Positions 58,028-64,000 of a stretch of DNA of 64,000 nucleotides are shown piece after piece. The notes under the pieces were generated by a model. It saw only the letters and a program-made list of their open reading frames with translations. It made no database searches and had not been told where the DNA came from. Within the stretch, counting starts at the first letter, position 1. Each line of letters starts with the position of its first letter. A program made the translations under genes and the position numbers. Origin of the DNA: Phycisphaeraceae bacterium (GTDB lineage: Bacteria; Planctomycetota; Phycisphaerae; Phycisphaerales; Phycisphaeraceae); assembly GCA_963667295.1 (NCBI GenBank), contig OY763327.1, positions 1,060,898-1,124,897 of the forward strand. The letters run 5' to 3'.

Positions 58028-59434
58028 GTGGCGATTCAAATGCGAATCAGGTTTTTGATATGTGTGATTTCCACGATGCTGATACTCTCTCTCTTCGTCG
58101 GCTGCAAGGTCCAGCCGGTGGATTACGATCAAGGTATGGAAGCGTGGCGGGCCTGCTGGCTACAAACCCAATATCTTGATCTAACCACCAATTCGGCTCT
58201 GATCCAACGGTTAGAGGATTTGCGTAATCAGATTCGTTCGATGGGGGCGGATGAGTGGTGGCGCCAGCGTAATGATGTTTACAACGCTCTGGTTTCACTG
58301 CGTGAAGCCAAGCACAGTTTTGATACGCAACTCGCCCGTGCGGGCAACACTGTAGACCGCGAGAGTGCAAATGATTTGTACAAAGCTACGGTCAAGGGTA
58401 TTCGGACCGAAGAAGATGCTCGACAAGCTGCTCCGAAGATCGACCAACTCGTAGATATCCAGAAACGACTCGACAGACTAAATAATATCGGTTTGAATCC
58501 GAGCTCAGAAGCCGCAAAGCAGATAGATACATTTGATCAACAATTAGCCTCCTTGTCGGCTGACGAAATCCTACAAAAGCTAGGTCGGCTCGAACAACTC
58601 ATTGAGAGAATCTTAGCGGTTCAAAAAGCCTTGAATGAACGGTTGGGCCAATTAGATTCAGCGGCGCAGCGCCAACAAGCGGCTGACCTTCAAAAGGAGA
58701 TCGAGGAGGCGAACTCAAACGAAGATGTGGACCAGATCGTGAGACAGTTCAAGCAGCTTTTCGGAGGTAAGGTTGCAATAGTCCCGGGACCTGATAATAC
58801 GTCCGTGAGTAAGGCAACCCCGGGGGGGGTAAGTCAGACTCAAAACTCAGACCAAACCGGCGTGGTGAGTCCCAATCCAAATATCAGCCAAGACCAAATC
58901 AAATCCGCGCTTAGTAAAGAGGAGGAATTGACAGTTCCCGGTTCTCAAGAGTTAGGCAATCCATTTGAGAGTCCATTTTATAAGCGTTATGAAATAGATA
59001 TCGCACCTTATGGGATCACAGAGTCAGATGGTAAAGCCAAGATTGACGCCAAGTGTATCACTCGTGAGATCCGAGCTAAATTGCAACTAAAACCAGATGG
59101 CGAGTTCAGTTCTATCAAAGGAACAAAAGTGCTTCGGGAATACCAGTTGGGGCTGATCCAAGGTGCCAAAGAAACATGGACCGAGAATGAAGCCAATGTA
59201 TCAATGGAGCTAGTGGGGGTACCAGAAAACGCCAGAGTGATCATGCATTCTTGGCACGCGCTGCCGGTGCCGGCGAGTAACGGCAAGGTTATTGAAGGCA
59301 CCACGATTGATCAGACCGTGGGCCAGTTTCGGCTGCCGGCAGGTCGTTACTACATACTCGGACAAGGTGAGACAGACTGGGGCTATGGTTTCGACGTGAT
59401 GGGAGCGATGACCATCAAGCATCCAGTTGAATGA
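58028..59434 (+). CDS. Hypothetical lipoprotein with long coiled-coil region and ~150-aa C-terminal domain (cassette gene 1)
   Basis: 468 aa; GTG start 6 nt after AAAGGGG; lipobox LSLFVGC; heptad-rich middle; contains a G8 tract at 58822-58829. Confidence 0.5.
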   Translation: MAIQMRIRFLICVISTMLILSLFVGCKVQPVDYDQGMEAWRACWLQTQYLDLTTNSALIQRLEDLRNQIRSMGADEWWRQRNDVYNALVSLREAKHSFDTQLARAGNTVDRESANDLYKATVKGIRTEEDARQAAPKIDQLVDIQKRLDRLNNIGLNPSSEAAKQIDTFDQQLASLSADEILQKLGRLEQLIERILAVQKALNERLGQLDSAAQRQQAADLQKEIEEANSNEDVDQIVRQFKQLFGGKVAIVPGPDNTSVSKATPGGVSQTQNSDQTGVVSPNPNISQDQIKSALSKEEELTVPGSQELGNPFESPFYKRYEIDIAPYGITESDGKAKIDAKCITREIRAKLQLKPDGEFSSIKGTKVLREYQLGLIQGAKETWTENEANVSMELVGVPENARVIMHSWHALPVPASNGKVIEGTTIDQTVGQFRLPAGRYYILGQGETDWGYGFDVMGAMTIKHPVE

Positions 59435-59463
59435 TAACAGATTAGAATTGTTATAAGGGATGC

Positions 59464-62022
59464 ATGGGGGCGTCGCAAAGAGCTGGGGATTACATGATAC
59501 CAGTGGAGACAGTCAAGCAGACACTGAACGACTTAGAACGATGGTATTGGTGCCATGGAATCGAGCGCATCAACCGGACAGACTATCCTTTGCGGCCTGA
59601 TTGGGCTGCTGAAATCTACACAATCCAACGAACAGCCACGCAGATCCTTGAGCGGCAGCACTACCCGCGTCCCGCTCTTGCGATCTACGGTGAGAGCCAG
59701 GTTGGTAAGTCCACAATACTCATGACCGAACTGGATGATACTCGGGCGATCGCCGATACATCCGGTGAAAACACCGTCCTGTCGGCAATCCAGTGGGACG
59801 ACCGACCTGTTACTTGGGGCGACTGGCGTTCTTGGCACGATTCTGCTGACTATATCGTAACGAAGACCGAACCGCTGAACCCCTATTCGGCGGGTACCGA
59901 CGCGACTGCAGTACCGACGCGTTTCACTCTCACCACGAACGTAACTGAGCCACAGATACCTTATCAGATTAGGATGCAATCTGTTGATAGCTTGATCGCC
60001 GCGCTGTACGCAGGCCTTTCGGATCATGGCCAAATCGACGCTCCTAATGGAAAACCGCGAGGTATTAAGAAGATCGAAATTACGCCTGGAGAACCTGATG
60101 CCGACCTCCAACGAGCTTTGATGTTGTTGGAAGCGGTGCGGCAGATGGTGGCGGAAAAGGAACTACTAATTAATGAAGCCGGTCGCCGCGTGCACGAGCT
60201 TGAGCCATTCTCCATCAATGAATTGTTTCCGTGTACTTATAATCAAGCCCGACGCTGGGTGGGTGAGTATCTGTTTGGCAAGTCACACTCGCTGTTTGAT
60301 AACATTCTCAGTGAGCACCTACGACTTATCGAACTGCTTGAATTTTTGAACCAGTACAACACCGTTCTCTGTAGTCCCCTTGTGGCGAGGCGGATATTAA
60401 AGTTCGATCATAGTGGTGAAGAAACATTATCGGAGATGATGTTCTATGAGCGTTCGAATGAGAACGGTAGGCGTGAACTCGCGATGGCCATGGAGCACGA
60501 ATATGATCCCAGCGAGAGGTGGCAAGTTATGGATCGCGACAGACTGCCCATCACCCGGGTAGTAGCGTTCCAGTTGGTAGTGCGAGAATTAGTAGTCCCG
60601 GTACGTGAGGACGTGCTGGGACGAATCAACGCCCCTTTTGCTGATGTCCTTCGACACGCAGATATCATCGATTTCCCTGGCATCTCCATTATGCCTGATC
60701 GTCACCGAGGTCAATCTATCGACAATGACGAACGGCGAGCATTTGTACTCAAATTCGGCAAGACCGCCTGTGTGCTTCGCGACTTTGTCGCTAGTGAACT
60801 TATTGATGGTATCCTTTTTGTCTGTACTGCCGAGGGTAAGATACGGGATTCCACCTCAGACTTGTTCACCCGAGTCATTGAACGTTGGGTTGGTAAAACC
60901 ACGTCTCAAGCTATTTCACTTAGTGAGGTCGAGCAGAACACACCTACGCAAGAGCGGCCTGTTTGGTGGGTAGCGACCCGTTGGAATGCGGTCGAAGCGG
61001 CCAAGGCCACGACGACCATCTCTGCGGGGATCGGTTCGATCCAGCAAGGTCTGCAGCACTGTCGTTTTAGACTTTATGCGACACATTATCCCATCTGGAA
61101 TGAAATGATCGCCAGTCCAGAAGAAGAGCAGCGAATCCGCTCTCTTATGAGAGGGCGGCTAAGGAAGCATATCCGGGATGACGGTGCCCAAAAGTCTTTT
61201 GACAATATCAAACTCACTATCTTAAAACCCGGTGAAGCTTTGGAGAGCACCCGGTGTATCTGGGATGATGTGAGTCACGTCTACAAAGACTTTGTCACTC
61301 ACGTCGACCTGACCGAGAGGCGAATCGCGAATCTTCGGGACGATATCCGTCGTCTTCTACAACGCAATGAAGCATATCCCGGTGGTGAACAGGTCACACA
61401 GAATAATCAGCGCCGGGTAAATCTCCGCAAACTGGAATACTGCCTGTTGCATACCCAAATCAAACGGCAGCTTGTACTAAGCGTGTCTCCTTTACCACGT
61501 CACCTGCTTGCTCAGTTAGCCGGTTCAGTAGAAGCTGGGGATTATGCCTCGGGTTTGTTCAAGGCCATGATGAGGTCCCTGCGTGATCAGTGGCGCGAAC
61601 AAGCTCGGGATGAGTTTGCACAGTATCTGTCAGCGTCTGAAGTTGGTGAATTGACAAAAGCTCTTGAGGACTCGGTCTGGATGGCAACGAGTGCGAACGA
61701 TTCCATGAGAACCGAGTTCTACGATTTGTTTCCTCGGGGACGGGCAGTCGACTCCAATCGGTATCATCGTCTCGATGGATTGGGGCAATTGATGGCTATG
61801 CGACTGGGGGACTGGCTAACAGGCTTGGCCGAGGAACCTCACGGACTACGAGATGAGGACATTCCTCACATAATCGAGCGGTTAGTTACACAGGATGCGA
61901 CCTACGGCACCCGGGACCCTTTACCGGGCGATACGCAGCTATCAGCAATCTCAGGGCTTAGTCAGTTCTGGGATTCGATAGATTTGGTGAATGGAGTTGA
62001 AGAGGGGGATACACAACTATGA
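59464..62022 (+). CDS. Large P-loop NTPase, possibly dynamin-like GTPase (cassette gene 2)
   Basis: 852 aa; Walker A/G1 LAIYGESQVGKST (~aa 77), dynamin-G3-like hhDxPG motif ADIIDFPGIS (~aa 397); no close family recognisable by eye; stop overlaps next start (ATGA). Confidence 0.55.
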   Translation: MGASQRAGDYMIPVETVKQTLNDLERWYWCHGIERINRTDYPLRPDWAAEIYTIQRTATQILERQHYPRPALAIYGESQVGKSTILMTELDDTRAIADTSGENTVLSAIQWDDRPVTWGDWRSWHDSADYIVTKTEPLNPYSAGTDATAVPTRFTLTTNVTEPQIPYQIRMQSVDSLIAALYAGLSDHGQIDAPNGKPRGIKKIEITPGEPDADLQRALMLLEAVRQMVAEKELLINEAGRRVHELEPFSINELFPCTYNQARRWVGEYLFGKSHSLFDNILSEHLRLIELLEFLNQYNTVLCSPLVARRILKFDHSGEETLSEMMFYERSNENGRRELAMAMEHEYDPSERWQVMDRDRLPITRVVAFQLVVRELVVPVREDVLGRINAPFADVLRHADIIDFPGISIMPDRHRGQSIDNDERRAFVLKFGKTACVLRDFVASELIDGILFVCTAEGKIRDSTSDLFTRVIERWVGKTTSQAISLSEVEQNTPTQERPVWWVATRWNAVEAAKATTTISAGIGSIQQGLQHCRFRLYATHYPIWNEMIASPEEEQRIRSLMRGRLRKHIRDDGAQKSFDNIKLTILKPGEALESTRCIWDDVSHVYKDFVTHVDLTERRIANLRDDIRRLLQRNEAYPGGEQVTQNNQRRVNLRKLEYCLLHTQIKRQLVLSVSPLPRHLLAQLAGSVEAGDYASGLFKAMMRSLRDQWREQARDEFAQYLSASEVGELTKALEDSVWMATSANDSMRTEFYDLFPRGRAVDSNRYHRLDGLGQLMAMRLGDWLTGLAEEPHGLRDEDIPHIIERLVTQDATYGTRDPLPGDTQLSAISGLSQFWDSIDLVNGVEEGDTQL

Positions 62023-64000
62023 TCCATCTGCGTGCCAATACAGGAACCCGTGCCTTCATTGTCTCGCCATGCACGAACGATTCCAACCGAGGATACACCC
62101 GTACCCTGCCTGATAAGTCATGGGTGCTGACAAGCCGAGCTGAACTCGATGGTAAGTGGTGGCACACTGTAGTCATCGAGACCAACACCGGTACCGCCCA
62201 ACGTGGGATTCGCTGGCCAGTTGAACAAGGTAAATCGGACCAAGACATTAATCCATCCTACCGTAGCTCTCAGCCCAATGTACCCCAAGAAAACCCTGAT
62301 AAGGTGTCTTGGGCGTGTGAGATCTGTAAACAGAAGCTTGATGTGGAAGTCAAGTGGGAGACGCACCGGGATAAGAGCGTGGTATACGACTTGGTAGTTG
62401 ATTTAGGCACTTCACGCTCCTCGGCGCTATTCGTAAAACAGGGCGAAGCGGGCGCAAATATTTCTAAACAGGTGGCCCCGTTGCCTTTCTGGCCAGAAGG
62501 TATATCTGGAGACACCCTCGACAACAAAATATCTGCTCCGCGGGGTCGCGACTATTCTGTGGTCCCATCATTAGCTTTCCTTTACCCGCACACATACGAC
62601 GCTCCAGAGATTTGGGAACCGTTGCTTTACAACGCCCGAGTACGGTTCAAGAACAGTACCCAAAACTCTCGCTGGTTGGATCCAATCTACACTTGGCTAC
62701 ACTTTCGATCGGGTAAACAGGACGACTATCAGGCAATCACCCAGCGCCCGTTGATGTTTATCCGGGCCTGCCCATTGTTGCTGAGCGCACACTCGAGCAC
62801 AAGAGAATCCAGTAGTCTGTGGAACCGTTTAATCAATGTCTACAACATCGGAGCGAGTACCACCGCAAGCTACCTGCAACCTGCTCCCAAGCGCTACCTC
62901 GCTAGTGAGAATCCAATATTGTGGGGATTCCCGATGGGATTGCAGTCAGACAAGGTGCATAACCCATTGATCGCTCGGATTATGCACACCAATGGATATG
63001 ACTGGCAACTCGGTCTTATCCACGAGCTTTATTACCCGACTGGTGCTCATGGTGGCGTCTGGCGTTTTCCTAGGCACGGATCACTAGTCTGGTATTGTTT
63101 GGGTATTTTAGAGCAGGCTTGGGAACAACTTCAGTCTGATTGGCTGGTTCGACACTTCGAGGGACCAAAAGTTAATGCCGCTCGCATCTATCGTCGGTTC
63201 GGTACGATCATTGCTACAATGCCCCCAGGCTGGCCTCCACGGGCAAAAATCCGTTGGCGTGCGGCTTGGCAAAGGGCGATTGACTTATTTCGCCAACTAC
63301 ATATAGAAACCAACAAGCTGAACACCAACCAGTCTGATGGCGTTTGGCCTGTTCTGGGTGAGGATGAGATAGATGAAGCATCTGCGGCCCAGATACCATT
63401 CGTAGGCGCGCTGTTGGAGGGCGGTGGCGAGTCTCTATCCAAGCTATGCACTGCGCTACGTCGTAATGGGAATCCGAGTAAGAATAGATTCCGTGTCATG
63501 ACGATTGATGTGGGTGGGGGGACCACCGACTTGTCTATCTGTCGCTACGAGGTTTTGGACAACTACAACATTCAAGCTTCGATCGTGATGTCACACAGTA
63601 GTGTTACTGCGGGCGATGAGGTGGTGTATGAGTTGTTGGAGAAGCTAATCATCCCAAAACGCCTTGAGAATATCCCTGACTCGGAGCTTAGAGATCAGGT
63701 GAGATTGCTTCTCAATCAGCCCGATGAGCAACTAGACGAACCTTGGAAAATCCAGATGCACAAGGACCAGTGTTATCTAGTTTTCACGGCGCTTGCCCAC
63801 GAGCTTCTCAAGCAGATGGCAGCCTCGAGCAAGGCAGAGCGTGAATCAGGCATCGTAGTCATAGACGCTAAGAATACCGACGCCGGTATGGGACTTGAAT
63901 ACATCCAGTCGTTGTTAGATGCGGCATCATCTGATCCATCGAAATTGGGAAATGACGAGATAACCTTAGACCGAGGAGCAGTAGTTAAAATATTCTTATC
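62019..64000 (+). CDS. Hsp70/actin-fold (ASKHA) ATPase-like protein, 3'-truncated by window end (cassette gene 3)
   Basis: At least 660 aa, no stop before the window end (so absent from the ORF track); phosphate-1-like VYDLVVDLGTSRSSALF (~aa 135) and phosphate-2 FRVMTIDVGGGTTDLSI (~aa 495) motifs; ATG overlaps the upstream stop. Confidence 0.55.
   Translation, partial: MIHLRANTGTRAFIVSPCTNDSNRGYTRTLPDKSWVLTSRAELDGKWWHTVVIETNTGTAQRGIRWPVEQGKSDQDINPSYRSSQPNVPQENPDKVSWACEICKQKLDVEVKWETHRDKSVVYDLVVDLGTSRSSALFVKQGEAGANISKQVAPLPFWPEGISGDTLDNKISAPRGRDYSVVPSLAFLYPHTYDAPEIWEPLLYNARVRFKNSTQNSRWLDPIYTWLHFRSGKQDDYQAITQRPLMFIRACPLLLSAHSSTRESSSLWNRLINVYNIGASTTASYLQPAPKRYLASENPILWGFPMGLQSDKVHNPLIARIMHTNGYDWQLGLIHELYYPTGAHGGVWRFPRHGSLVWYCLGILEQAWEQLQSDWLVRHFEGPKVNAARIYRRFGTIIATMPPGWPPRAKIRWRAAWQRAIDLFRQLHIETNKLNTNQSDGVWPVLGEDEIDEASAAQIPFVGALLEGGGESLSKLCTALRRNGNPSKNRFRVMTIDVGGGTTDLSICRYEVLDNYNIQASIVMSHSSVTAGDEVVYELLEKLIIPKRLENIPDSELRDQVRLLLNQPDEQLDEPWKIQMHKDQCYLVFTALAHELLKQMAASSKAERESGIVVIDAKNTDAGMGLEYIQSLLDAASSDPSKLGNDEITLDRGAVVKIFL

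Noticed and set aside
59464-62022. Confident call of gene 2 as a bona fide dynamin
   Set aside because: The G1-like P-loop and the DxPG-like motif are ~320 aa apart, far more than in dynamin G domains, and no G4 (T/NKxD) was found by eye; kept only as a P-loop NTPase with possible dynamin relationship.

Overview
This is a high-GC (about 58-62%) bacterial chromosomal segment. Gene content suggests Planctomycetota-like origin: a TAT-signal Gfo/Idh/MocA oxidoreductase, many TPR/Sel1 proteins, membrane proteins with CxxC...CPECGE zinc ribbons, and a split nuoDEF cluster.

Positions 1-50,600 hold ordinary housekeeping genes in good synteny. These are bcp, ribF, nrnA, dcd, class II RNR nrdJ, a LacI regulator, ispE, a TetR regulator, pcm, ilvD, coaD, rpsD, fabI, queG, a sigma-54 activator next to an NfeD-like/SPFH operon, nuoD-E-F, apbC, and a sulfur-handling cluster (ArsR, YeeE/YedE x2, CoA-disulfide reductase-rhodanese, rhodanese).

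At 50,745 a tRNA with anticodon GCA (Cys) and an unusual long variable arm marks the start of a lower-GC mobile island. The island holds a tyrosine integrase, an IS3-family element with a programmed -1 frameshift site that interrupts a BRCT-domain gene, and an abutting IS4-family transposase. Its AT-rich cargo comprises a TPR lipoprotein, a collagen-repeat tail-collar-domain membrane protein, and a translationally coupled three-gene cassette that runs off the window end. That cassette encodes a coiled-coil lipoprotein, an 852-aa P-loop NTPase with dynamin-like motifs, and an Hsp70/actin-fold (ASKHA) ATPase of at least 660 aa. It is the best candidate for an undescribed system.

No CRISPR array and no rRNA were found.
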